The notes beneath the pieces are model-generated. The model was given only the letters and a program-made list of their open reading frames with translations, was not told the origin of the DNA and made no database searches. Below, piece after piece: positions 50,870 to 60,094 of a DNA stretch of 64,000 bases. Made by a program: the position numbers and the translations under genes. The stretch lies in NCBI GenBank assembly GCA_024405635.1, contig JAKSOL010000003.1, forward strand, positions 124,046-188,045, in the 5' to 3' direction. This DNA comes from Salinivirgaceae bacterium. GTDB taxonomy: Bacteria; Bacteroidota; Bacteroidia; Bacteroidales; SZUA-534. Positions within the stretch are counted from its first letter, which is position 1, and every line of letters begins with the position of its first letter.

Positions 50870-51379
50870 ATGCACAAAAAGCTAATTTCCGCGCTCCTTC
50901 TGCTTGCAGCAAGCAGCGGAGCAATGGCCGACAATGTGCCGGGTTTGACGGTGGAGTACCTAAACTCCAACACGCCAGCCTACACCAAGGCCATAAGCAC
51001 CATTGGGCGACTCACCTTTAGTGGCGGCAATGCCACGCTTGAGTTTGCCGACAATAGCACCGCCAACCTTGGCGCACTAACCGACATAAAGCAAATACGT
51101 TTTGCTGAGGTTGACGAGAAAAACCTAACTCCCAACACACCAGTAACGCCGCCCGATGGCATTGCCGATGCACAAGTGCGAGTTAAGGTTTATCCCAATC
51201 CAACCGCCAACCGCCTAACAGTGGAAGGTATAGCCGAAGGCGAAACCGTTAGACTATTTAACGCCAACGGCCAGCAAGTGCTAAAAGCCACCGAAACCAC
51301 CATTGATATGAGCCAATTTACAGCAGGCGATTACCTATTGCAAGTAGGAGCAAACGTGGTTAAGGTTGTGAAGAAATAA
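50870..51379 (+). CDS. Small secreted protein with a T9SS type A C-terminal sorting domain
   Basis: Signal peptide; VKVYPNPT...LFNANGQ...G.YLL.V....KVVKK. Confidence 0.88.
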   Translation: MHKKLISALLLLAASSGAMADNVPGLTVEYLNSNTPAYTKAISTIGRLTFSGGNATLEFADNSTANLGALTDIKQIRFAEVDEKNLTPNTPVTPPDGIADAQVRVKVYPNPTANRLTVEGIAEGETVRLFNANGQQVLKATETTIDMSQFTAGDYLLQVGANVVKVVKK

Positions 51380-51401
51380 ATGAATAAACCACAAATTTAA
51401 T

Positions 51402-51426
51402 GTAGAGACGAGGCATGCCGCGTCTC
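51402..51426 (+). repeat. GTAG-type REP palindrome, copy 1
   Basis: GTAGAGACGAGGCATGCCGCGTCTC. Confidence 0.75.
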
Positions 51427-51465
51427 AAAAACAAAAAATTGAAACAAATAAAAAAACAATAAAAC

Positions 51466-52971
51466 ATGAAGAAACAAATACTAACCGCCGCCATAGCCAT
51501 AATGGCCATAGGCGCCACAGCTCAAGAAAAAGTGCGCGTACACAACGGCACCCAGAGCTATGTAACCGAAATAGAATACATAACCTTTGATGCCACCGAA
51601 GCTGACCAAGCCATTTCGGTTGATGAATTGCAGAAAGAAAACACTCAGCTTTCTACCGAAAAAGCAGCATTGGTAGCCGATACTGCAACTTTAAAAGCAG
51701 CCAATACAAAACTAGAATCATTTTTGAAAGAAAAATTGTTGTACGATGATTATGTTGATTATGTACCAATTTTACATGAGAGTGTTGACCTTGGTCTCTC
51801 GGTAAAATGGGCAACAATGAATGTTGGAGCCACTAAGCCCGAAGATTATGGTAATTATATTGCATGGGGCGAAACCAAAACAAAAAGTGAGTACAACTGG
51901 GATACATACATAGTAGAACAAGGATCATTTATAGGCGACAATAAAACCGTATTAGATCCAGAAGACGATGCTGCTGCTGCCAACTGGGGCGGCGATTGGG
52001 TTATGCCATCGGAAGCCGACTGGAGGGAGATCTATTATAACTGCACCTACGAGTGGACAACCCAGAATGGCGTTAACGGCTACAAGATTACGGGCACTAA
52101 CGGCAACTCCATTTTCCTTCCTGCCGCTGGTTGTCGTTACTACGGCGACCTCAGCGGCGGGGGGGCTATCGGATACTACTGGTCGTCGCTCGACGGGGGC
52201 TACTCGGGCGGCGGCCGTACCCTGTACTTCGACGGGGGATTCTTCTACCCTTGGAGCAGCAACAGCCGTTACTACGGCCAGTCGGTTCGCCCTGTGTGCC
52301 CTTCCGCAGGAAATACCAATGGTCATGTGGCCGTAGACCTTGGCTTGCCAAGCGGCAAACTGTGGGCAGATTGCAATGTAGGCGCCAGCACGCCAGAGGC
52401 TAGCGGCGACTATTTTGCATGGGGCGAAACCGAGGCTAAGGAGAATTATTGTTGGAGCACCTACAAGCACATGCCGAGTGGGAAGTCGGAGTGGTACTAT
52501 ATCAACAAGTATCAGGCAGACGACCATCAGCTTGACGGCTCATGGTACAAGGATGTGAAGTACTGCAACCAAGGCGACAAGAAGACAACGCTCGAGGTAA
52601 AGGACGACGTGGCAACACAGTCGTGGGGCTCAGAATGGCGGATGCCAACGGCTGCCGAGTGGGAAGAGCTCTACGACAACACAACCCAGACATGGACAAA
52701 CGACTATGAGGGTACAGGCGTTAAGGGCTATATCCTCACCAGCACCAAGGAAGGATATGAGGGCGCTTCTATTTTCCTTCCTGCCGCTGGTTATCGTAAC
52801 TACGGCAACCTCGACGGCGGGGGTTCTATCGGCTACTACTGGTCGTCGTCGCTCCGCGGGGACAGCTCGCACTGCGGCCGTAGCCTGTATTTCTACGAGG
52901 GCCACTTCAACCCTTGGAACTACGACATCCGTTACGTCGGCCAGTCGGTTCGCCCTGTGTGCAAACCATAG
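51466..52971 (+). CDS. Secreted DGR target-like protein with two tandem CLec-type (VDLGL..W..NVGA) domains, each ending in a variable repeat
   Basis: Signal peptide, coiled coil, two domains ending IFLPAAG...YWSS...GQSVRPVC. Confidence 0.88.
   Translation: MKKQILTAAIAIMAIGATAQEKVRVHNGTQSYVTEIEYITFDATEADQAISVDELQKENTQLSTEKAALVADTATLKAANTKLESFLKEKLLYDDYVDYVPILHESVDLGLSVKWATMNVGATKPEDYGNYIAWGETKTKSEYNWDTYIVEQGSFIGDNKTVLDPEDDAAAANWGGDWVMPSEADWREIYYNCTYEWTTQNGVNGYKITGTNGNSIFLPAAGCRYYGDLSGGGAIGYYWSSLDGGYSGGGRTLYFDGGFFYPWSSNSRYYGQSVRPVCPSAGNTNGHVAVDLGLPSGKLWADCNVGASTPEASGDYFAWGETEAKENYCWSTYKHMPSGKSEWYYINKYQADDHQLDGSWYKDVKYCNQGDKKTTLEVKDDVATQSWGSEWRMPTAAEWEELYDNTTQTWTNDYEGTGVKGYILTSTKEGYEGASIFLPAAGYRNYGNLDGGGSIGYYWSSSLRGDSSHCGRSLYFYEGHFNPWNYDIRYVGQSVRPVCKP
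52111..52299 (+). repeat. DGR-type variable repeat VR1 (internal)
   Basis: 189 nt aligning to VR2 with 31 mismatches plus one 3-nt indel, mostly at positions 1-2 of NNC codons. Confidence 0.85.
52771..52962 (+). repeat. DGR-type variable repeat VR2 (C-terminal)
   Basis: 192 nt; first 22 nt and last 25 nt identical to VR1. Confidence 0.87.
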
Positions 52972-52993
52972 ATAATTGTAAACGCAACCATAC

Positions 52994-53027
52994 AAAGGCA
53001 TTGTCAGCACACGGCAATGCCTTTTTT
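52994..53027 (+). terminator. Hairpin/terminator 31 nt after VR2
   Basis: AAAGGCATTGTC/GGCAATGCCTTT stem plus T run. Confidence 0.8.
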
Positions 53028-53052
53028 GTTTTCTGTAAAAACGTTGTGCAAT

Positions 53053-53077
53053 GAGACGTGGCATGCCGCGTTTCTAC
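53053..53077 (-). repeat. GTAG-type REP palindrome, copy 2 (inverted)
   Basis: Reverse complement reads GTAGAAACGCGGCATGCCACGTCTC. Confidence 0.75.
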
Positions 53078-53104
53078 GGGTTTTCGGTATGAGAAATTGA
53101 GTTT

Positions 53105-53129
53105 GTAGAGACGTCGCACGCGGCGTCTC
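53105..53129 (+). repeat. GTAG-type REP palindrome, copy 3
   Basis: GTAGAGACGTCGCACGCGGCGTCTC. Confidence 0.72.
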
Positions 53130-53308
53130 CCAATGCAAAAATGCAATGTCTCAAAACCAATGCAAAACACTCCACGTGTGTACCAAAATCGCGTTTAATA
53201 ATGCAACTGGCTTGTTATTATTTGTGAATTTCTATTTGTGTGCATGCGCTCACCAATACCGATAATTGTGTACATTAGCACCACGTTGTTATTTTTTTTT
53301 AGAGATAC

Positions 53309-54187
53309 ATGTATATGGAAAAAATAAACATCTTAGTTACCGGGTCCAATGGTCAGTTAGGCAGTGAGTTGCGCGAATTGTCAGTGCAATATCCCAACTG
53401 CCAGTTTACTTTTACCGATGTTACAGAGCTTGATATTACCAATATCGATGCACTTGACAATTTTTTCGCTAAAGGTAATTTTGACTTTATTATAAACTGC
53501 GCAGCATATACAGCTGTTGATGCAGCCGAAACAAACCGCGATTTGTGCTATAAACTGAATGTTGTAGCGGTATCGTATTTGGTTGAAATGGCACAGAAGT
53601 ACAATGTGTTCCTTATTCAGGTTTCAACCGATTATGTATTTGATGGTACCAAAAACACACCTTATGTTGAGGACGATGTTCCAATTCCAAGTTCAATTTA
53701 TGGTTCAACCAAGCGCGATGCCGAAAAACAAATAATTTTTTCAGACATAAACGCTGTGATAATACGCACAGCTTGGTTGTACTCAACTTATGGAAAGAAC
53801 TTTGTTAAGTCGATGATAAAGTACTGCACCGAGCGCGACGAGATGAATGTTGTGTTCGATCAGGTGGGAACACCAACCTATGCCCGCGATTTGGCAAAGG
53901 CCATACTTGATATGATTCCGCAACTTGAAAAGGTTCAAAAGCCTTTCAACGAACTATATCATTATTCAAACGAAGGAGTTTGCAGTTGGTTCGATTTTAC
54001 TAAGCACATAGTCAATCGATTAGGAATAGAGTGTAAGGTAAATCCAATTCGTTCGGCCGAATATCCAACAGCGGCTCAACGTCCTGCTTTTTCGGTTCTC
54101 GATAAATCGAAAATAAAAAAAGCATTTGGCGTTGATGTACCTTATTGGACTGATAGTCTTGATTTTATGTTAAACAAATTACAATAA
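53309..54187 (+). CDS. rfbD: dTDP-4-dehydrorhamnose reductase
   Basis: GSNGQLG, NCAAYTAVD, STDYVFDG, YGSTK, DQVGTPT. Confidence 0.95.
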   Translation: MYMEKINILVTGSNGQLGSELRELSVQYPNCQFTFTDVTELDITNIDALDNFFAKGNFDFIINCAAYTAVDAAETNRDLCYKLNVVAVSYLVEMAQKYNVFLIQVSTDYVFDGTKNTPYVEDDVPIPSSIYGSTKRDAEKQIIFSDINAVIIRTAWLYSTYGKNFVKSMIKYCTERDEMNVVFDQVGTPTYARDLAKAILDMIPQLEKVQKPFNELYHYSNEGVCSWFDFTKHIVNRLGIECKVNPIRSAEYPTAAQRPAFSVLDKSKIKKAFGVDVPYWTDSLDFMLNKLQ

Positions 54188-54201
54188 CAAAACAATTTAT
54201 T

Positions 54202-55938
54202 ATGGAACTTTTAGAAACAGTAAAGCAACGTGCTCAAGTTTGGTTGTCAACAGCATCAATTGACGATGAAACCAAAGCGCAAGTAAAAAATATGATGGAA
54301 AACGATGAGAATGAGCTAATTGAGTCGTTTTATCGTGATCTTGAATTTGGTACAGGTGGTTTGCGTGGCATTATGGGCGCAGGAACCAACCGTATGAATG
54401 TTTACACCGTTGGAATGGCAACACAAGGTTTGTGCAACTACTTGCTAAAACAATTTGCAGGCAAAGAAATAAAAGTGGCTTTGGCTCACGATTGCCGCAA
54501 CAACGGTCGTTTGTTCTGCGAGACTGCCGCTAAAATTTTCTCGGCCAATGGCATCAAAGTTTATTTGTTCGAGTCGTTGCGTCCAACTCCTGAATTGTCG
54601 TTTGCAATTCGCCATTTGGGTTGCCAAAGTGGAGTTGTAGTTACCGCATCGCACAATCCAAAAGAGTATAACGGCTACAAAGTATATTGGGAAGACGGTG
54701 GTCAGGTTATTGCACCACACGATACCAATATCATTGCTGAGGTTCAGAAAATTACATCGGTTGACGATGTGAAATGGAATGGCACTTTTGACAATGTTAC
54801 CATTGTTGGCGAGGACGTTGATAGCGTTTATCTTGACCGCATTAAGGCTTTGACCTTGTCGCCAGAGATTATTGCCAAGAATAAAGACATGAAGATTGTT
54901 TACACACCAATCCACGGAACAGGTGTTAATCTTGTGCCACGAAGCTTGAAAAACTATGGCTTTGAGAACATTATTCACGTTGAAGCTCAAGACGTTAACG
55001 ACGGAAACTTCCCAACCGTAAAATCGCCAAACCCAGAAGAGCCAGCAGCTTTGGCAATGGCAATTGAAAAAGCAAAAGAGACTGATGCTGTGCTAGTTAT
55101 GGCAACCGACCCAGATGCTGACCGTGTTGGTATTGCTGCTAAAAACAACAAAGGCGAGTTTGAACTACTTAACGGTAACCAAACAGGTTCCATTTTGGTT
55201 TACTACTTGCTAAACAAATGGAAAGAGAATGGTAAACTAAAAGGCAAAGAATTTATTGTTAAAACAATTGTAACCACCGAACTTTTGGCAGCAATGGCAA
55301 AAGACTTCAATGTTGAATACTTTGATGTTTTGACAGGTTTCAAATTCATTGCCGACAAGATAAAAGTAAACGAAGGCAAGAAACAATTTATTGGCGGTGG
55401 CGAGGAGAGCTACGGATACTTGTGCGGCGATTTTGTTCGCGACAAAGATGCTGTAATGTCATGCTCGCTAATTGCCGAAGCTGCAGCTTGGGCATTTAGC
55501 CAAGACAAATCGTTGTTCGACGTACTTGCTGAAATTTACATGCGTTACGGTTTCTATAAAGAAAAATTGGTGAACATTGTAAAGAAAGGTAAATCGGGCG
55601 CTGAAGAAATTCAACAAATGATGGCCGATTTCCGTGCCAATTCGCCTAAAACAATTGCAGGTTCTGAAGTGGTTTGTGTAAAAGACTACCAAACCAAAAA
55701 AGCAACCGACGTTAAAACCGGCGCACAAACCGACATCGATTTGCCAAAATCAAATGTTCTTCAATTCATCACTGCCGACGGAACTATCATTTCAGTTCGT
55801 CCTTCGGGAACCGAACCAAAAATTAAATTCTACATCGGTACAAAAATGGAATTGAACAACGCTGCTGATTATGACGCAGTTAACGCAAAACTTGCTGAAA
55901 AAATCAGCGTAGTTTGTGCCGATTTAAAAATTGCTTAA
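54202..55938 (+). CDS. pgm: Phosphoglucomutase / phosphomannomutase
   Basis: FGTGGLRG, TASHNP, DPDADR, GGEESYG, RPSGTEPK. Confidence 0.95.
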   Translation: MELLETVKQRAQVWLSTASIDDETKAQVKNMMENDENELIESFYRDLEFGTGGLRGIMGAGTNRMNVYTVGMATQGLCNYLLKQFAGKEIKVALAHDCRNNGRLFCETAAKIFSANGIKVYLFESLRPTPELSFAIRHLGCQSGVVVTASHNPKEYNGYKVYWEDGGQVIAPHDTNIIAEVQKITSVDDVKWNGTFDNVTIVGEDVDSVYLDRIKALTLSPEIIAKNKDMKIVYTPIHGTGVNLVPRSLKNYGFENIIHVEAQDVNDGNFPTVKSPNPEEPAALAMAIEKAKETDAVLVMATDPDADRVGIAAKNNKGEFELLNGNQTGSILVYYLLNKWKENGKLKGKEFIVKTIVTTELLAAMAKDFNVEYFDVLTGFKFIADKIKVNEGKKQFIGGGEESYGYLCGDFVRDKDAVMSCSLIAEAAAWAFSQDKSLFDVLAEIYMRYGFYKEKLVNIVKKGKSGAEEIQQMMADFRANSPKTIAGSEVVCVKDYQTKKATDVKTGAQTDIDLPKSNVLQFITADGTIISVRPSGTEPKIKFYIGTKMELNNAADYDAVNAKLAEKISVVCADLKIA

Positions 55939-56013
55939 CTTGTAAACCGAGCCACAACTTTAAATAGTTGCGGCTCGGATTATATAAAAATGTGGAACTA
56001 AATACTTTGCGCT

Positions 56014-56925
56014 ATGATTTACACTGTGGGAGAGATAGTTCTTGATATTATTACAAGAAACTTTGACGACATGCGAGCCAAACCTGGAGGTGCAATGCTT
56101 AACACCGCCATCACATTGGGCCGATTGGGATTGCCGGTTAATCATATCTCGTATTTGTCGGTTGACCAAAACGGACGATTAATTCTCGATTTCTTGTCAG
56201 AAAACAACGTTGGGGCCAATTACATTTATTTGTCCGACCAAATAAGAACCAACTTGGCTTTTGCCCATTTGGACAGTGATTTTAAGGCTCACTACACTTT
56301 TTATAAAGATGATTTGAGCGATTATAGTTTGCTTAAATTCCCAAACTTGCGTAAAGGTGATGTGATTTTGTATGGTTCTTCATTCGCAATAAATCAAAAA
56401 GTTCAAGGCGTTTTAATGTCGTTTTTAAAACGAGCAAAAGATGCTGGAGCATTGCTTATTTACGATCCAAACTTTAGAGTATCGTATCGTTCAAAACTGA
56501 ACGAACTGATGCCAACAATTGACAAAGCTATTCAAATGGCTCACATTGTTAAGGCTTCTGACGAGGATATGAAATACATGTTTAATGTTGAAGATCCCGA
56601 CGAGGCTTGGCAGGTAATAAGCCAAAAAGGTGCTAAAGTGCTAGTACTTACACGAGGCAGAGAAGGTGCAGTGCAATACTCAATGCAAGGAAGCACTCGC
56701 GTAAACGGCTGCGCAATTCAAAGTGTGAGTACAATTGGCGCTGGCGACACATTTACCGCTGGTATGATTTCGCGCCTTACCGAAGACGATATAAACCACA
56801 TTGTTAACGACGAACCAATTAACGATTGGCTTTCGGTATTAAAAGTGGCTAACGAATTTGCTGCACAAGTTTGTTTGAGCTACGAAAATTACCTGTCGTG
56901 GGATTATATTAAATCGCAAAAGTAG
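56014..56925 (+). CDS. PfkB family carbohydrate kinase
   Basis: PGGAMLN, YDPNFR, KASDED, TIGAGDTF. Confidence 0.9.
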   Translation: MIYTVGEIVLDIITRNFDDMRAKPGGAMLNTAITLGRLGLPVNHISYLSVDQNGRLILDFLSENNVGANYIYLSDQIRTNLAFAHLDSDFKAHYTFYKDDLSDYSLLKFPNLRKGDVILYGSSFAINQKVQGVLMSFLKRAKDAGALLIYDPNFRVSYRSKLNELMPTIDKAIQMAHIVKASDEDMKYMFNVEDPDEAWQVISQKGAKVLVLTRGREGAVQYSMQGSTRVNGCAIQSVSTIGAGDTFTAGMISRLTEDDINHIVNDEPINDWLSVLKVANEFAAQVCLSYENYLSWDYIKSQK

Positions 56926-57086
56926 AGCGCGCAAAAAATGGAAAAGACACGGTGCTAACTATATCTTTTTCGTTGTATAGATAAATGCAGTTTGAGTAAA
57001 ATTAAATTGCGATGTTTTATTTATAATTGGCTGATAGTTAGTAATTTACTGCTAACTATCGGCTAATTTGTTTTAATGAATAGCAA

Positions 57087-57563
57087 ATGTATAGCAAAGA
57101 CGAGGCAAAACAATTGATGGTTGATTTTTGGAATGGGTTCAACAACTACACCAAATACTTTGCACGAAAAAAAGGTGAGCCAGTTGAGTGGTTGCTATAC
57201 AAAACAGGCATAAAAGGACTTGAACTAAAGTTCGATTTGGACAAAAGGGGAGTAAGAACGGTGTTAGAGTCAAACAGTCGCGACGAAAGTCGTAGGCTTG
57301 ATATTTTTATTGAACTTGAAAAGTATAAAGTGATTTTGGAACAAGGGTTTGATAATGGTTTAAATTGGACCGACGACCATCATCTTGATGTTGGAAAACC
57401 AGTAATGCGCATCAGTACTCAATTGGAAAATGTTACGTTTCATAATCGCGACAATTGGCCGCAACTGTTTGAATTTATGGCAAATACAATGTGGCAACTT
57501 CAGCAAAACTTTGTTGAGATTCTTCCAATACTTGAAGAAAAATTCAAATACCCAACTCTATGA
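57087..57563 (+). CDS. DUF4268-like protein
   Basis: MYSKDEA...FW..F, WLLYKTGIK, W.....FM pattern. Confidence 0.7.
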   Translation: MYSKDEAKQLMVDFWNGFNNYTKYFARKKGEPVEWLLYKTGIKGLELKFDLDKRGVRTVLESNSRDESRRLDIFIELEKYKVILEQGFDNGLNWTDDHHLDVGKPVMRISTQLENVTFHNRDNWPQLFEFMANTMWQLQQNFVEILPILEEKFKYPTL

Positions 57564-60079
57564 GCTACGACGATAATCCTCAGTTAAGGCTGGCATACAA
57601 CTTTGTTCAGTTTACTAACCGAAATGTTTTTCTAACAGGAAGGGCAGGCACAGGAAAAACAACTTTTCTAAAAAAGTTGCGAACCGAGTCGCCTAAACGA
57701 ATGGTAGTTCTTGCTCCAACTGGAGTTGCGGCCATCAATGCGGGCGGTATGACCCTGCATTCGTTTTTTCAACTACCATTCGGTCTGAACATACCGGGTT
57801 ATAAACGAGCTGAAGAAGAAAACCGATTTACAAAGCGCAAAATTGATATCATTCGTACGCTCGACCTTTTGGTGATTGATGAAATAAGTATGGTTCGCGC
57901 CGATTTGCTCGATGCAATTGACGAAACTTTGCAACGATACAGACGCAATAGCCTACCGTTTGGCGGTGTGCAGTTGCTGCTTATTGGCGATTTGCAACAA
58001 CTATCGCCAGTAGTTCGCGACGACGAATGGGCGCAGTTGCGCGATTATTATGATACCGCTTTCTTTTTCAGCAGTCGTGCGTTACAACGAACTAATTACG
58101 TAACAGTTGAACTACAACGCATCTATCGTCAAGAAAATCAACATTTTGTAGATATTCTGAACCAAATTCGTACAAATACTGTTGATAATGACACAATGCA
58201 AGAGCTAAATGGCCTTTACAATCCGGCTTTTATGCCAAACGATAACGAAGGCTATATAACACTCACAACACACAATAATCAAGCCGACCAAATAAATCAA
58301 ACTAAACTTAAAGAGCTAAAAACCAAACAGTTTGAGTTTGAGGCTAAAATTCAAGGAGTGTTCCCCTCGCACATGTTTCCAACTGAGGAAAAACTAATTC
58401 TAAAAGAAGGTGCGCAGGTAATGTTTGTAAAAAACGACCCTTCGGCCGAAAAACTCTTCTTTAATGGTAAAATAGGTCGCATTGTTAATATCGAAGACGA
58501 AAAGATTTACGTTGAATGCAATAGCGACAAAAAAATGATAGAGGTTGAGCCTCTTGAGTGGAACAATTCGCGCTACGAGATTGATAACGAAACAAAAGAA
58601 ATAACCGAGGTTATTGATGGCGTTTTTTCGCAATATCCACTGCGATTGGCTTGGGCCATAACAGTTCATAAAAGTCAAGGACTAACCTTCGACAAGGTTG
58701 TGATTGATGCCGAGAAGTCGTTCTCGCATGGTCAGGTATATGTTGCAATGAGCCGATGTCGTACTTTGGAGGGCATTGTGTTGCGCTCGCCAATCAATAA
58801 CCGATGCATAATAAACGACCCGCAAGTTCGGGCTTTTAATCGTTGGGTTGAAGAGAATCCTGTTAGCGAGCATGACTTACAAGTGTCAAAAAACGATTTT
58901 GAGTGCGAATTGATTCGTGATTTGTTTTCGTTTGAGCAAATTCAAAAATGTATGCGCTTGTTGAACAATTCAATCAGCAAATACAAGTCGCGTTTGATTG
59001 TTGATGTGTCAGGTCAAACAAATTCGGCGCTAATGGCTTTAAATACAGAAGTTTGTAGCGTGTCGGAAAAATTTCAGAATCAAGTTAAGTTTATGTATAT
59101 GACGGCAACCGCCAACAATTCTGAAATTGATAGGCAAGCCTTGCAAACGCGAATGACCAATGGTGTTGGCTATTTTTTGGATAAACTGAAAGCAATTATA
59201 ACTCCAATATTAACGCTCGACGTTTCGGCCGATAACAAAGAGATTGGCAACGAAATGCAAACGCATTTACTTGACTTGTCGCAAAACTACAAAGAGAAAG
59301 TTTTTTGCCTCAAAAAAATGTCGGAACAGTTTGATGTTCAGGAGTATATGAAAGCAAGGGCAATGTCAAAATTAGAGGCCGAAAACAAACCTAAAACAGA
59401 GAATAAAAAGCCAACAGCTAAGTCATCGAACTTAAACATTGTTAATGCTGAATTGTTTGAATTGTTGCGCAGTTGGCGAAAGGAAACTAGTGAAGAGACT
59501 GGTGCCCCGTTGTATGTAATTGCAACTCAAGATTCGTTGGTTGAGGTGGCTGAAAAATTACCTACAACTGTTGACGAGTTGCAAAAAATTAAAGGCTTTG
59601 GTGCGGTAAAAGTGAAACGTTTTGGCTATAAGATTGTGGAAATAGTTAAACGTTATATGCAAGAAAATGGCATTAAAGGCGCTCCTTTACAATTGAGTTT
59701 GATGGATGCTAGCGTTTCAGTTAAACCCAAAAAATCGGCAAAAGAAAAAGAGAAAGTTGCTGATATTGAAAAATTTGACACTCACGAGGCTACAATGCGT
59801 TTGTTTCTTGATGGAAACGATGTTGATCAAATAGCAAAAAAACGCAACCTAACCATTTCAACAATAATTGGGCATTTGTGCCACTATATAAGCGAAGGAG
59901 CTATTGATCCAGAAGATGTTATAGATGTTGAAGTGGTTGAAAAAATTTTGGCCAACTTGCAAAAGAATGGACTACGCCCACTTTCCGACATTAAAAAGAA
60001 TTTGCCAGAGTTTACTTTTGACGAAATACGTTTGGTGGTGAGCTACTATAAACGCGAGTATGCAGCCGAAAATGATTGA
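57560..60079 (+). CDS. Pif1-like SF1 helicase with HRDC and C-terminal HTH domains
   Basis: GRAGTGKT, DEISM, GDLQQL, AITVHKSQG, YVAMSR; LRSWR...P.YVI HRDC. Confidence 0.92.
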   Translation: MSYDDNPQLRLAYNFVQFTNRNVFLTGRAGTGKTTFLKKLRTESPKRMVVLAPTGVAAINAGGMTLHSFFQLPFGLNIPGYKRAEEENRFTKRKIDIIRTLDLLVIDEISMVRADLLDAIDETLQRYRRNSLPFGGVQLLLIGDLQQLSPVVRDDEWAQLRDYYDTAFFFSSRALQRTNYVTVELQRIYRQENQHFVDILNQIRTNTVDNDTMQELNGLYNPAFMPNDNEGYITLTTHNNQADQINQTKLKELKTKQFEFEAKIQGVFPSHMFPTEEKLILKEGAQVMFVKNDPSAEKLFFNGKIGRIVNIEDEKIYVECNSDKKMIEVEPLEWNNSRYEIDNETKEITEVIDGVFSQYPLRLAWAITVHKSQGLTFDKVVIDAEKSFSHGQVYVAMSRCRTLEGIVLRSPINNRCIINDPQVRAFNRWVEENPVSEHDLQVSKNDFECELIRDLFSFEQIQKCMRLLNNSISKYKSRLIVDVSGQTNSALMALNTEVCSVSEKFQNQVKFMYMTATANNSEIDRQALQTRMTNGVGYFLDKLKAIITPILTLDVSADNKEIGNEMQTHLLDLSQNYKEKVFCLKKMSEQFDVQEYMKARAMSKLEAENKPKTENKKPTAKSSNLNIVNAELFELLRSWRKETSEETGAPLYVIATQDSLVEVAEKLPTTVDELQKIKGFGAVKVKRFGYKIVEIVKRYMQENGIKGAPLQLSLMDASVSVKPKKSAKEKEKVADIEKFDTHEATMRLFLDGNDVDQIAKKRNLTISTIIGHLCHYISEGAIDPEDVIDVEVVEKILANLQKNGLRPLSDIKKNLPEFTFDEIRLVVSYYKREYAAEND

Positions 60080-60094
60080 TAAATAAGTGGTTAT

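Noticed and set aside
52111-52299. VR1 as the template repeat for VR2 (self-contained DGR)
   Set aside because: VR1 has A at only 8 of 31 mismatches and lies in frame inside the gene. No RT or Avd-like ORF was recognised in the window.
52111-52962. Ordinary recent domain duplication
   Set aside because: Drift would favour third-position changes across the whole domain. Here 27 of 31 changes are at positions 1-2 and high identity is limited to the VR.
51402-53129. 25-nt palindromes as CRISPR repeats
   Set aside because: Only three degenerate copies, mixed orientation, irregular spacing, no cas genes.
51952-53170. Several overlapping alternative-frame ORFs (up to 191 aa)
   Set aside because: Expected from local high GC and NNC codon bias; no recognisable protein features.
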